A stretch of 64,000 nt of DNA from Gammaproteobacteria bacterium (GTDB taxonomy: Bacteria; Pseudomonadota; Gammaproteobacteria; Steroidobacterales; Rariloculaceae), in contig JBJHBP010000004.1 of assembly GCA_050485545.1 (NCBI GenBank), positions 67,808-131,807 on the forward strand. Reading direction: 5' to 3'. The notes below the pieces were generated by a model. That model was not told the DNA's origin. It searched no databases and saw nothing but the letters and a program-made list of their open reading frames with translations. Each line of letters starts with the position of its first letter. The first letter of the stretch is position 1. Below are positions 44,166 through 54,251 of this stretch, in pieces. Made by a program: the position numbers and the translations under genes.

Positions 44166-44762
44166 TCACCTCCTCTCCGAAGAGATTGCCGGCCGCGGCG
44201 CGGGCCCGACGGCATGCGCCCGACGCCAGGCCGTCGGGCTCTCGCCGACGACGCGACGGAACACTCGAGTCAGGTGCGCCTGATCGCACATCCCGCAGGC
44301 CAGCGAAATCTGGCACACCGACTCCTCCGTGGTCAGCAGCAGCCGCTGTGCCAACTCCACTCGCTGGCGGGTGACGTAAGTCATCGGTGCCTGGCCGAAG
44401 TTTCGTTTGAATGCACGCGAGAAATGGCTCGCGCTGAGACGAGTGAGCGCCGCGAGATCCTTTACGCGGATCGTTGACGCCAGATGCGCCTCGATGTACT
44501 CGACGACACGGCGGCCCTGCCAGCCGGCCAGTCCCCCCTGGAGACAGGGGGACGGACCGGACAGGCGAGCAACGTCTTCGTGCAGGAGATCCAACGCCCG
44601 CGCGACGCAGGCTCTCGCCAACGCACGATCGGATAGCAGTGCGGCTTTGGCATCGTTCAACAAGACCGCGACTTCGGCGGGGTCCTGCCTGTACCGGCCA
44701 GGCACACCGATCCGCTTTGCCTGGCATGTCGTTTCGACGCTGGGAATCATTGAACCCGTCAT
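44166..44762 (-). CDS. AraC family transcriptional regulator (short form)
   Basis: C-terminal double HTH: IRVKDLAALTRLSASHFSRAFKRNFGQAPMTYVTRQRVELAQRLL...ISLACGMCDQAHLTRVFRRVVGESP. Confidence 0.85.
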   Translation of the reverse strand: MTGSMIPSVETTCQAKRIGVPGRYRQDPAEVAVLLNDAKAALLSDRALARACVARALDLLHEDVARLSGPSPCLQGGLAGWQGRRVVEYIEAHLASTIRVKDLAALTRLSASHFSRAFKRNFGQAPMTYVTRQRVELAQRLLLTTEESVCQISLACGMCDQAHLTRVFRRVVGESPTAWRRAHAVGPAPRPAISSERR

Positions 44763-44786
44763 GGTGGATAGTGCGTAACAGAAGCC

Positions 44787-45473
44787 TTAGCCAAGCAAAT
44801 TGTTCCGGGGAAGCACGGTGGCCGCGATGATGCCGATCATCGCGGCCGTAGCGCGTGCAACTGCCTGCGTGGCGCCTCCAGCGCTCCAGTTGCCGCGTGC
44901 GAGTTCCTGGGCGCGGGTGATGACGGCCGAGGTCCAGGGGATCTGCGGGTCGAACTGTTGGAGCGTGCCGCTTCCCCACATCAATGCGGCCAACGCGGCG
45001 ACACGGGGCAGCGGCTCCGCCCCGTCCACAAGAACGCTGCGGACGTTTCCGATCAGGCCGGACCTGCGTCCGCTTCCTCCGTCCCTGAGGGTCGTTGTCC
45101 TGAACAGGCCGAGCACCTTGCCGTTCTGCTCACGGATGTCGCCGCGTGCCACGAGACGCTCCAGCAGAGGCTGGCGAAGTGTCGGCCCGATCGCGGCAAG
45201 CACGCTCTGCACGCCGCGGGATTTGACCGAGACATAGTCCCACGCCGAGCGCAGAAGCTCGTCCGATGGCGCCCGCCCTTCGACGGCTTTCACACGTACG
45301 GACCCGGTCCGGGTTGTTGTGGTCGTCACGCTGTCATTGAAGGCGAGGTCTGCCAGCACGGCTCCGGCCAGCACGTAGTAAAGGGTGCTCTCGCCCGCGA
45401 TGGTGCCCGCGTCGGGCTGGAACAGAACAAGCAGAAGATCCTCCGCAAGGGTCGGGGCATCGAGGTTCTTCAT
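44787..45473 (-). CDS. GPP34 (GOLPH3/VPS74-like) family protein
   Basis: LAEDLLLVLFQPDAGTIAGESTLYYVLAGAVLADLA and overall helical repeat organisation typical of bacterial GPP34 proteins. Confidence 0.7.
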   Translation of the reverse strand: MKNLDAPTLAEDLLLVLFQPDAGTIAGESTLYYVLAGAVLADLAFNDSVTTTTTRTGSVRVKAVEGRAPSDELLRSAWDYVSVKSRGVQSVLAAIGPTLRQPLLERLVARGDIREQNGKVLGLFRTTTLRDGGSGRRSGLIGNVRSVLVDGAEPLPRVAALAALMWGSGTLQQFDPQIPWTSAVITRAQELARGNWSAGGATQAVARATAAMIGIIAATVLPRNNLLG

Positions 45474-45524
45474 TGGTGGTTCCTTTCCGCCATGTCACGA
45501 TCCGTCGATGGTGGCTGTGACGGC

Positions 45525-46388
<864 letters not shown>

Positions 46389-46592
46389 TCAGTGGTTTGG
46401 GTGAGAACGGTCGTTCTCACATCCTGGCTCGTAGTCGGTGATCGCCCGTGTCGTCAGGATCACGCACGTGGCGGAGGGTTCGCGTCGGTGAAAGTCCCCT
46501 AATTCTTCGCCGGTCATCACCGTTGCCCCTGCGTCTGCCTGATCGGATTCGCATCGGTTGGACTCGCGCCGACAACCGCATAAGCAGAAACC
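46389..46592 (-). promoter_or_regulatory. Leader/control module copy A, with a candidate 43-codon upstream mini-ORF (46389-46520)
   Basis: Homologous by hand alignment to 48558-48859. GTG-initiated ORF VMTGEELGDFHRREPSATCVILT..., with its stop 12 nt before the hydrolase ATG. Confidence 0.4.
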
Positions 46593-46668
46593 ATGGACTC
46601 GATGCGGCCTCGCGATGGAACGCCTCAGCTGTCTCTTTTGGGACGGCACACGGAGCGTGCGACGATCG
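46593..46668 (+). pseudogene. Remnant of the 5' end (about 25 codons) of a LAL-type LuxR regulator gene
   Basis: MDSMRPRDGTPQLSLLGRHTERATI matches the start of the 48860 regulator (69 of 76 nt identical by my count). The frame then diverges and has no Walker A or HTH. Confidence 0.6.
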
Positions 46669-46779
46669 TGCCAGCGGGGGCGATCGCTTCGATGTTTTCA
46701 GGCGTTCTGCTCACCCGAAGCGGCCTCGTGACTGGCAATAACCTGCTCGATAGCCGGCATGAAGTTGAGGTGCTATGGC

Positions 46780-47424
46780 TTAGCCACGGCTACCTTCCTC
46801 GAGGCCGGTCAACTGCCACACCCAACGAAGACCCTGACCGGCAGTGGTTCCCTCCTCGACAACCATGTTGACGAGGTCCTGTGCGGTGCTCTCGTACTTC
46901 CAGTCGCGCTGAAGCTCGCTGATGTAAGCCTCGGTGGTCATGGGCCTCGCTCCGGCCTGAATCATGCGCTGCACGCCGCGTTCGTGCCCCTCCGGGCTGC
47001 TGCCTCCTGAAGCATCGGTGACGATGTAAACCTCGTAACCGTTGGCCAGGAACGAAAGCACCGGCATGGCCAGACAGACCTCCGTCCAGAGGCCGGCCAG
47101 AACGAGCTTCTTCTTTCCGGTCGCCTTCACCCAATCGACAACGCGCTCATCGTCCCAAGCATTCAGGCCGGTCCGGTCAATCGGAACCTGATCGGGATCG
47201 ATCTGCTGGATTTCCTTGACGAGCGCCTGTCGCTCGGCAAACGCGGTGGTGAACAGCATCGGCACCCCGAAAATTCTGGCGCCTCGTGCGGTAATGACCG
47301 TGTTGGAGACGACCTCCTGCACAGTGTGAGAGCGGACGGAAAGTAGCTGAAGATACTGATGGTCAATCAGGATGAGCGCATGGTTATCCGGGGTGAGCAA
47401 AGTATCATCAATGGTCATCGTCAT
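46780..47424 (-). CDS. Isochorismatase-family (YcaC-like) hydrolase, paralogue 1
   Basis: ALILIDHQ, FGVPMLFTT and LVLAGLWTEVCLAMP (catalytic Cys context), plus VTDASGG. The ATG at 47424 is preceded by AAAGGA. Confidence 0.85.
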   Translation of the reverse strand: MTMTIDDTLLTPDNHALILIDHQYLQLLSVRSHTVQEVVSNTVITARGARIFGVPMLFTTAFAERQALVKEIQQIDPDQVPIDRTGLNAWDDERVVDWVKATGKKKLVLAGLWTEVCLAMPVLSFLANGYEVYIVTDASGGSSPEGHERGVQRMIQAGARPMTTEAYISELQRDWKYESTAQDLVNMVVEEGTTAGQGLRWVWQLTGLEEGSRG

Positions 47425-47675
47425 TCCTTTCAGCTTTGATTGAGGGTCGTGCACCTCACTGTTGCAAAGCAGCACCGCTTGTTCTTGGATGACTGCCTGA
47501 GGTTTTGGATGAGAGTGTGATGACTTGCCGCCTTCTATCAGGCGTATCGGGATAGACAGTTCGAGCGAATCAGCAGGCTCCGGATCGAGTAACGGCCATC
47601 ATCTTCCAGAACGGAACGCATATGAGAAAGGATTGAGCGACACGATGGCATGCCAGACTTTGAACTGGCCAGGAC

Positions 47676-48557
47676 TCAAGTGTTGGCGCTACCGTCCCCG
47701 GCGTACTCCACAGACCGCATCGTGGCAGCGTGGGGGAACTTCCCCTGGCGAAAAGCAGAATAGTAGCCGGCCAGTTCTTCATGGGACCCTGCGATGAAGG
47801 GCCCCTTTGCATGCACCGAAATGTTCTGCGGCTGGCCGGCGTATAACAGCAGACGAGCGCCACTATCACCCGCCCGCAACGTAAGCAGACTGTCGCCGTC
47901 GCCCATGGGTCCCGTCCAGCCCACCGACCCTTCAGTGAGTTCCTCGGCGGTGGCGCCAACCACCACTGCGCCGTCAATCGCCCCTACAAACGTGTTGTAG
48001 GAGGCAGGCAAATGCGGTGAGAAGGTGGCTCCGGGCTCCAGGTGGATGTCGATCAAGGTCACCGGGACAGCGTTCTTCGTCGGCGCCGCCGCATTCCCTG
48101 TCTTGCCGCTGTAAACGTTCGCCAAAACGCCAGGCTCGGCGTGCACCGGCATTTCAGTGCGACGCAGGATTTGCACCCGTGGTGGCATGTTGCGCTGTGC
48201 CTCGGGCAGGATCAGCCAAAGCTGGAACAGGCGCATTCCGGTGGAGACCGTCACGTTCTCGGAATGCACGATGCCGCTACCAGCGGTCATCCATTCGACA
48301 TCGCCTTCCTCCAGCCGCCCGCCGGTGTCCTCCATCGTGCCGTTGAGCATGAAGGTGACGGTCTCCAGTCCGGCATGCGGGTGCGACTCCCCAAACCTTC
48401 CACTCCGTGTGATGTTGTCATCGGCCATGAGGAAGAACGGATCGGTCGCGGGCAGATCACCAGGCGCTATCACCAAAGCGGCCTTATGCCTCTCGCCCCC
48501 GAAGCCTGGACCCAGCGCAGGTATCCGGGTGACACGATCAATTGATCTTTCAAACAT
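47676..48557 (-). CDS. Pirin family protein (two-cupin, long form)
   Basis: The ATG at 48557 is preceded by GAAGGA. Contains HPHAGLETVTFMLNGTMED and WMTAGSGIVHSE cupin motifs. The in-frame upstream 43 codons are treated as a leader. Confidence 0.85.
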   Translation of the reverse strand: MFERSIDRVTRIPALGPGFGGERHKAALVIAPGDLPATDPFFLMADDNITRSGRFGESHPHAGLETVTFMLNGTMEDTGGRLEEGDVEWMTAGSGIVHSENVTVSTGMRLFQLWLILPEAQRNMPPRVQILRRTEMPVHAEPGVLANVYSGKTGNAAAPTKNAVPVTLIDIHLEPGATFSPHLPASYNTFVGAIDGAVVVGATAEELTEGSVGWTGPMGDGDSLLTLRAGDSGARLLLYAGQPQNISVHAKGPFIAGSHEELAGYYSAFRQGKFPHAATMRSVEYAGDGSANT

Positions 48558-48859
48558 GGAAAAGTCCTTCTTAGGGTCGGGACACTGAGGTTCGGGATGA
48601 GCCGCTGATTGCCATGGCGTCAGAATCGTGCAAGTGGCACAAGGTTCGCGTCGGTGAAAGTCCCCTATGTCTTCGCCGGTGGTCACCGTGCCCGCAGGCA
48701 GGTACAGGCTGACGGCGCCGGCTTGAACAGCGCCGGGACGGCGTGACCGCGGAGCGTTCGGCCAATGCGGGATCGTTCACCGTCCGCGTTGCGCCGTGCG
48801 CCTGCCTGGCCGGATTCGTATCGGTTAGACTCGCCTCGATCACTACATCATCTGAATCG
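48558..48859 (-). promoter_or_regulatory. Leader/control module copy B (divergent pirin / LAL-regulator control region), with a mini-ORF in frame with pirin
   Basis: Shares the core ...GGTTCGCGTCGGTGAAAGTCCCCTA..TCTTCGCCGGT..TCACCGT... and CGGATTCG.ATCGGTT.GACTCGC with copy A. It has about 100 extra nt (48691-48790). Confidence 0.4.
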
Positions 48860-51634
48860 GTGGACTCGATGCGGCCTCGCGATGGAGCGCCACGGTTGTC
48901 TCTTCTGGGACGGCACACGGAACGTGCGACGATCGAGCAGGTGCTGACCCGGGCACAGGCCGGGCAGAGCGGTGCGCTCGTGGTTCGCGGTGAAGCAGGC
49001 ATCGGCAAAACTGCGCTGCTTGAGTATGCCCTCGACTCTGCGACTGCATCAGGATTCCGGGTGGAGTACGCAGCCGGAGTGGAGTCCGAGACACAGTTTG
49101 CGTTCTCGGGCCTGCACCAGTTGTGCGCGCCGCTGCTGGACCGCGCAGGTGCGCTGCCCGACCCGCAGCAGGCCGCCCTGGGCGTGGCATTCGGCATGCA
49201 CGGTGGTGCTGCGCCAGACCGCTTCCTGGTCGGGTTGGCAGCCCTCCACCTGTTGGCCGAGGTCGCCGAGGAGGGTCCGCTGCTGTGCCTTGTCGAGGAT
49301 GCACAATGGCTGGACGAAGCGTCCGCGCAGGTCCTTGCGTTCGTTGCGCGGCGACTGTTGGCCGAGCGGATCGTGCTGCTATTCGCGCTGCGCGACCCCA
49401 CCGACCGTGACATTCGCCCCTTCGTCGGATTGCCCGAACTGCGGCTGGCCGGGCTCGGACAGACGGATGCGCGGGCGTTGCTCGCCGCTGCGGTCGGTAC
49501 GCCGCTAGACGAAATGGTGCGCCACCGGATCATCGCCGAGGCACGCGGCAACCCGTTGGCGCTACTGGAACTGCCGCAGAGCGCACTGTCGGCGCAACTG
49601 GGGGGCGGGTTCGAGTTGCCCGACGTGGCGAGCGTACCGCGCCGCGTTGAGGACAGCTTCCGGCAACGCTCGGGCAATCTGCCTGCCGAGACGCAGTTGC
49701 TGCTCCTGGTCGCCGCGGCCGACCCGACCGGTGACGTGGCGTTGCTTTGGCAGGCCGCCGCGCACCTGGGGATTGCCCGCGAGGCGTTGGCGCCAGCGGA
49801 GACCGCCGGCCTGGTGGAGATCGACACCCGGGTGCGGTTTCGTCATCCGCTCGTACGCTCGGCGGTCTACGCGGCCGCGACTTTACCCGAACAGCGCCGC
49901 GCGCACAGGGTGCTGGCCGCGGTCACCGACCCCCAGATCGATCCCGACCGGCGCGCCTGGCACCGGGCGCAGGCGGTGCTGGGCACCGACGAGGAAGCTG
50001 CCGCGGAGCTGGAGCACACGGCCGGGCGCGCACGCAGCCGCGGCGGGCTGGCCGCTGCGGCCGCGTTCATGGAGCAGGCGGCCATGCTGACGCCCGAACC
50101 CACGCGCCGCGCGAGACGCGCGCTCGAGGCCGCGCATGCCAGGCACGACGCCGGCGCAACCGAGGCCGCCATGGCACTGCTGACCGTCGCCGCGGAAGGG
50201 CCGCTGGACGCCCTCCAACTCGCCCGTGCCAAGCTGCTACGCGGCCAGATCGCTTTCCACCAGACCAGGGGCGGCGACGTGCCCGGGATGCTGCTCGACG
50301 CCGCCGAGGCCTTGGCCCCCCTTGATCCTGCGCTCGCCCGCAAGGCGTATGCGCAGGCTCTCGAAGCGGCCTTCCACGCTGGCCGACTCGTCCGTGGCCG
50401 CGGCTTAATGGAGGCGGCCCAGGCCGCTCGCAGCGCACCTCCACCGCCGACGCCGCCGCGGCCGATGGATCTGCTGATGGACGGCTTGGCCACGAGGTTC
50501 ACCCAAGGGTACGAGGAAAGCGTTCCCACCCTGAAACGGGCTCTCGAGGCGCTGCGCAACGACGACGGATCTGACCAGGACGACGGCCGCTGGCTGTGGA
50601 TGGCCTTTATGGTGGCAGTGATGCTGTGGGATGACGAATCGTTGTACGTCATAGCCAGCCGTGCGGTGCGGCGCTTTCGTGAAGCCGGTGCGCTGGCAGC
50701 ACTTCCCGCTGCGCTCAATGCCATGGCGGTAGAGCTGGTATTCGCCGGCGAGTTCTCCCGCGCTGCCGGAATGATCGCGGAGGAGGAAGCGATCGCGCGG
50801 GCGACGGGTGCTCCTCAACTTCCCAACGCGAGGTTCGTACTGGCTGCCTGGCGCGGCCGACAGCCCGAAGCCTTGAAGCTCCGCGCGACGGCGCTCGAAG
50901 ACGCGACACGGCGGGGTGAAGGCGCAGCGATCGGGTCGAGCCAGGTCTCGCTGGCATACCTGCACAACGGTCTGGGCAACTACGACGACGCGCTCGCCGC
51001 CGCTGCGCATGTGTATGAGGCCGATGAGTTCTCGTACAGCAGTGTTGCGCTGCCCGAGCTGGTTGAAGCCGCTGTCCGCGCCGGCCAGCCGGAACGCGCC
51101 ACTGTGGCGCTGGAACGTCTGACTTCGCGAGCCAACGCCAGCGGCACCCCGCAGGCGCTAGGGCTGGCGGCGCGCGCGCGAGCGATGACCCTCACCGGGC
51201 CCGACGCCGAGGCGCACTACCAGGAAGCGATCGAGTGGCTCAGCAAGTGCCGATTGGCCACCTACCTCGCCCGCGCCCACCTCGTCTACGGCGAGTGGCT
51301 GCGCCGCGAGGGCCGCCGCAAGGATGCCCGTGAACAGCTCCGCACTGCTCACGAACTGCTCTCGGGCATGGGGGCGGAAGCGTACGCCGAACGCGCCGCC
51401 CGCGAGCTGCGGGCCACCGGCGAGAAACCGCGCAAACGCACCGCCCGGCCGACCGACGCACTCACTGCCCAGGAGCTGCACATCGCACGGATGGTCGCCA
51501 CGGGCGCGACCAACCGGGAGGTTGGCGCCCAGCTGTTTCTGAGCCCTCGCACGATCGAAGCCCACCTGCGCAGCATCTTCCACAAGCTGAATATCAGCTC
51601 CCGCCGGCAGATCAGGGACCTCCAGCTTCCCTGA
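48860..51634 (+). CDS. LAL-type (large ATP-binding LuxR family) transcriptional regulator
   Basis: N-terminal AAA/STAND Walker A VVRGEAGIGKT, a long helical TPR-like middle, and a C-terminal LuxR HTH (LTAQELHIARMVATGATNREVGAQLFLSPRTIEAHLRSIFHKL). The GTG at 48860 aligns with the ATG of the remnant copy. Confidence 0.85.
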   Translation: MDSMRPRDGAPRLSLLGRHTERATIEQVLTRAQAGQSGALVVRGEAGIGKTALLEYALDSATASGFRVEYAAGVESETQFAFSGLHQLCAPLLDRAGALPDPQQAALGVAFGMHGGAAPDRFLVGLAALHLLAEVAEEGPLLCLVEDAQWLDEASAQVLAFVARRLLAERIVLLFALRDPTDRDIRPFVGLPELRLAGLGQTDARALLAAAVGTPLDEMVRHRIIAEARGNPLALLELPQSALSAQLGGGFELPDVASVPRRVEDSFRQRSGNLPAETQLLLLVAAADPTGDVALLWQAAAHLGIAREALAPAETAGLVEIDTRVRFRHPLVRSAVYAAATLPEQRRAHRVLAAVTDPQIDPDRRAWHRAQAVLGTDEEAAAELEHTAGRARSRGGLAAAAAFMEQAAMLTPEPTRRARRALEAAHARHDAGATEAAMALLTVAAEGPLDALQLARAKLLRGQIAFHQTRGGDVPGMLLDAAEALAPLDPALARKAYAQALEAAFHAGRLVRGRGLMEAAQAARSAPPPPTPPRPMDLLMDGLATRFTQGYEESVPTLKRALEALRNDDGSDQDDGRWLWMAFMVAVMLWDDESLYVIASRAVRRFREAGALAALPAALNAMAVELVFAGEFSRAAGMIAEEEAIARATGAPQLPNARFVLAAWRGRQPEALKLRATALEDATRRGEGAAIGSSQVSLAYLHNGLGNYDDALAAAAHVYEADEFSYSSVALPELVEAAVRAGQPERATVALERLTSRANASGTPQALGLAARARAMTLTGPDAEAHYQEAIEWLSKCRLATYLARAHLVYGEWLRREGRRKDAREQLRTAHELLSGMGAEAYAERAARELRATGEKPRKRTARPTDALTAQELHIARMVATGATNREVGAQLFLSPRTIEAHLRSIFHKLNISSRRQIRDLQLP

Positions 51635-53303
51635 CGCGTTCGTTTCTCAATTCTTTCAGATACTCGTGCACGAACTGCACGGCCATCGCTCCTTCACCGA
51701 CCGCCGACCCAACCCGTTTGATTGAATCCGAGCGCACGTCGCCCGCGGCGAAGACTCCGGCACGACTTGTTTCCATGTAAAACGGCGCGCGCACGCTTCC
51801 CCATTGCATGGAATCGGCAACGCGCGGGCCCGTCTTGATAAATCCCCTGGCGTCTGTTTCGACTTCCTTCGGCAACCACGCCGTGCGCGGACTTGCGCCA
51901 ATAAAAGAGAACACTCCGCCTACGCTGATAACTGTCCGCACGCCGGATTGATTGTTCCTGAGTTCGACCTCTGCCAGATGACCATCGCCGAACATCCTCG
52001 AGATTTCGGTGCCCGTTAGCAGCTCGATGTTCCTGGACTCCAGAATTCGCTGCACAAGATAGTCGGACATGCTCTGCCCCACGTCTTGCCCTCGAATCAG
52101 CAGGAAGACTTTCCGCGCGCTCTCGGCCAGGAAGAGGCAGGCCTGACCCGCGGAATTGCCACCTCCCACCACGACCACCGTTTCGCCGCCGCACATCTGC
52201 GCTTCCATCGGTGTCGCGGCGTAGTAGACGCCCGCACCATCGAATCGCTCGCGGTGCTCCACGTCGAGTCTTCGGTAATCCGCCCCGCTGGCGATGATCA
52301 GTGCTTTCGCGCGCACCTCTTCGCCGTTTGCCAGGTGCAGCACGGACAGGTTGTCAGCGAAGCTGAGTTTCGTCGCCTGCGACGGTATGGAAAACTGCGC
52401 GCCGAACTTTTCGGCTTGAAGCGTGGCTCGCCCGGCCAGCTCCGCGCCTGACAGTCCGGTGGGAAAGCCCAGGTAGTTCTCGATTCTCGAGCTCGTTCCG
52501 GCCTGACCGCCGGTCGCGACTTCTTCGAGAACCATCGTATTCAGGCCCTCCGACGCACCATAAACCGCCGCCGCCAATCCGGCCGGCCCACCACCGACTA
52601 TCGCCAGATCGACCACACGCTGTGTAGCGAACTCGTGCCTGATCCCGATGCGGGCCGCCAGTTCGCTGTTCGACGGATTCCTGAGCAGCCAGTCCTGCCC
52701 GTAACCGACCACCGGCAGATCGGATTCGCTCAGCCCAAAGGCTGTGAGCAGGGATTGGACCTGGGCCGTGTCCGTCTTCACATCGAGGAACGTGTAAAGA
52801 ACATGGTTTTTCGTCAGGAAGTCACGCAGGCGGAATGCGTCACCCGAAAAGCGCGTCCCGATGACGCGCAAGCCCGTGAAATCCTCAGCATCCCGCAGCG
52901 CCTGCGCTCTGACGATGAACGTCAGCAGAATCAGATCGCTCAGACCGGGACGCTTGCCGATGATGCGGCGCAGATCCGGCTCGCAGATCTCGTAGACTTC
53001 AGTCGTGCCTGCGGCAATCGCGTCGATATTCGAGGGTCTGCCCGTCAGATTCGCCAGATCGCCAGTAAACTCGCCCGGCTCAAGTGTCACAAGCTGGCGC
53101 GGCGCGCCGGATGAACGATCAAGAATATCTATCGCGCCGCTCGTGATGACGTAGAACTTGAAATCCCTTTCACCGGCGCGGTACAGCACGTCGCCATTCG
53201 CGTAAGTCTTGCGCTCGGCAAACTCGGCGATGACGGCGATCTGCTCTTGGTTCAGAACAGGAAAAGCCTGCGGATTGCGCTTCCTGAAATCGGGAGGCTG
53301 CAT
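51612..53303 (-). CDS. Cyclic-nucleotide-binding domain fused to a thioredoxin-reductase-like FAD/NAD(P) oxidoreductase
   Basis: N-terminal cNMP-binding-like domain (GDVLYRAGERDFKFYVITSGAIDI), then TrxB-like IVGGGPAGLAAAVYGASEGL and VVGGGNSAGQA. The canonical CxxC position reads YYAATPME. Confidence 0.8.
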   Translation of the reverse strand: MQPPDFRKRNPQAFPVLNQEQIAVIAEFAERKTYANGDVLYRAGERDFKFYVITSGAIDILDRSSGAPRQLVTLEPGEFTGDLANLTGRPSNIDAIAAGTTEVYEICEPDLRRIIGKRPGLSDLILLTFIVRAQALRDAEDFTGLRVIGTRFSGDAFRLRDFLTKNHVLYTFLDVKTDTAQVQSLLTAFGLSESDLPVVGYGQDWLLRNPSNSELAARIGIRHEFATQRVVDLAIVGGGPAGLAAAVYGASEGLNTMVLEEVATGGQAGTSSRIENYLGFPTGLSGAELAGRATLQAEKFGAQFSIPSQATKLSFADNLSVLHLANGEEVRAKALIIASGADYRRLDVEHRERFDGAGVYYAATPMEAQMCGGETVVVVGGGNSAGQACLFLAESARKVFLLIRGQDVGQSMSDYLVQRILESRNIELLTGTEISRMFGDGHLAEVELRNNQSGVRTVISVGGVFSFIGASPRTAWLPKEVETDARGFIKTGPRVADSMQWGSVRAPFYMETSRAGVFAAGDVRSDSIKRVGSAVGEGAMAVQFVHEYLKELRNERVREAGGP

Positions 53304-53432
53304 AAGGTGTTGCTCCAGTTCCTGCGTCCGGTCTCCTGACCGCGCTGATTCTTCTGATCGCGCTGACGACTCCGCTCGGTTCCCCCGCGTTGAATGCCCG
53401 TGCCCGTCACTCGTTACACGTTCACTCGCACT

Positions 53433-53611
53433 ACATTAGCGCCCCCCGTCTGGCCACGTATTGGATCTATGTGCTGCGGTTTTGCTGGGCGTGCCATCGT
53501 GGAGTTGTGGCATCGAGCATCGACTCTGAAGGCGTTCCCGAAACGATATTTTCGTGCAAATCACCGTAGGGAACGGCAATCACTCTGCGTCCCCGTTGTC
53601 GACACTGGACG
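53433..53611. repeat. Intergenic repeat copy C (homologous to 60129-60341)
   Basis: Hand alignment: 36 of 39 nt identical in the block TTGGATCTAYGTGCTGCGGTTKTGCTGSGCGTGCCATCG. Shared blocks GGCATCGAGCATCGA, GAAGRCGTTCCCGA, CAAATCACCGTA, GCAATC.CTC.GCG and GTCGACACTGGACG appear in the same order. Confidence 0.75.
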
Positions 53612-53719
53612 TTCGCGACAGGCACAGGAAGGGAGTTGATCCGTATGCCTCACGCTTCCGCCAACCGGCCGCCACCATCGGGATCGATCGCGTTCCGGTG
53701 ACCTGTGACGAGGACAATA

Positions 53720-54163
53720 ATGCAACGCATCAGCACATCCATCGAAGTCTTGAGTTCAGCCAATCGCGTCTGGACAGTCCTGATGGACTTTCCTGCCTAC
53801 GCCGACTGGAACCCCTTCATTCGTCAAATTGCCGGAGGTACGTCCCCGGGGAGCCAGCTTCAGATTACGATCCAACCGCAGGGCAAACGACAGATGTCTT
53901 TCAAGCCAGAGGTGCTGACCTGCGAGCCCGAGCGGGCGTTTCGCTGGCAGGGCAGATTTCTGGTAAGCGGAGTCTTTGACGGCGAGCACGCATTTGCCAT
54001 CTCCCGGATTTCGGCGTCTTCCTGCAGGTTCATTCACGAAGAGACTTCTTCCGGCGCGCTCGCCCCTCTCCTCATGCGGGGCAGCATGCGGTCCGGTACA
54101 GAAGCAGGTTTTCACGCAATGAATCGTGCCCTCAAGTCGCGTGCCGAAGGCAGTAACACCTGA
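53720..54163 (+). CDS. SRPBCC domain protein
   Basis: MQRISTSIEVLSSANRVWTVLMDFPAYADWNPF... is typical of SRPBCC/polyketide_cyc2 proteins. The ATG at 53720 is preceded by GAGGA. Confidence 0.7.
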   Translation: MQRISTSIEVLSSANRVWTVLMDFPAYADWNPFIRQIAGGTSPGSQLQITIQPQGKRQMSFKPEVLTCEPERAFRWQGRFLVSGVFDGEHAFAISRISASSCRFIHEETSSGALAPLLMRGSMRSGTEAGFHAMNRALKSRAEGSNT

Positions 54164-54251
54164 AGGGATACGAACGAAGTCTCCCCGTAGCCGGGGGTGA
54201 CAAAGAATTCAGGCATTTCCATGAGGTCTCTCTCCGTTCAGGCCAGGGCTG

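Noticed and set aside
46475-46500. GGTGAAAGTCC in the A/B leader resembles part of the cobalamin-riboswitch core.
   Set aside because: Only this short string matches, and I could not find the other conserved B12-box or stem elements around it. On the plus strand it would sit upstream of a regulator gene rather than a cobalamin-related gene. The genes it precedes are on the opposite strand.
47676-48686. The full 336-aa ORF read as an N-terminally extended pirin.
   Set aside because: The pirin-family N-terminus starts at MFERSIDRV (ATG 48557), which has a good GAAGGA SD. The upstream 43 codons are homologous to the separate mini-ORF of copy A, which ends in a stop. They are treated as leader, although an extended isoform cannot be excluded.
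53433-53611. The C/D repeat as a MITE or as a protein-coding remnant.
   Set aside because: I found no terminal inverted repeats or target-site duplication. The substitutions and indels between the copies do not preserve any single reading frame. The short ORFs that overlap it (53394-53639, 60092-60388, 60157-60405) lie in different frames in the two copies.
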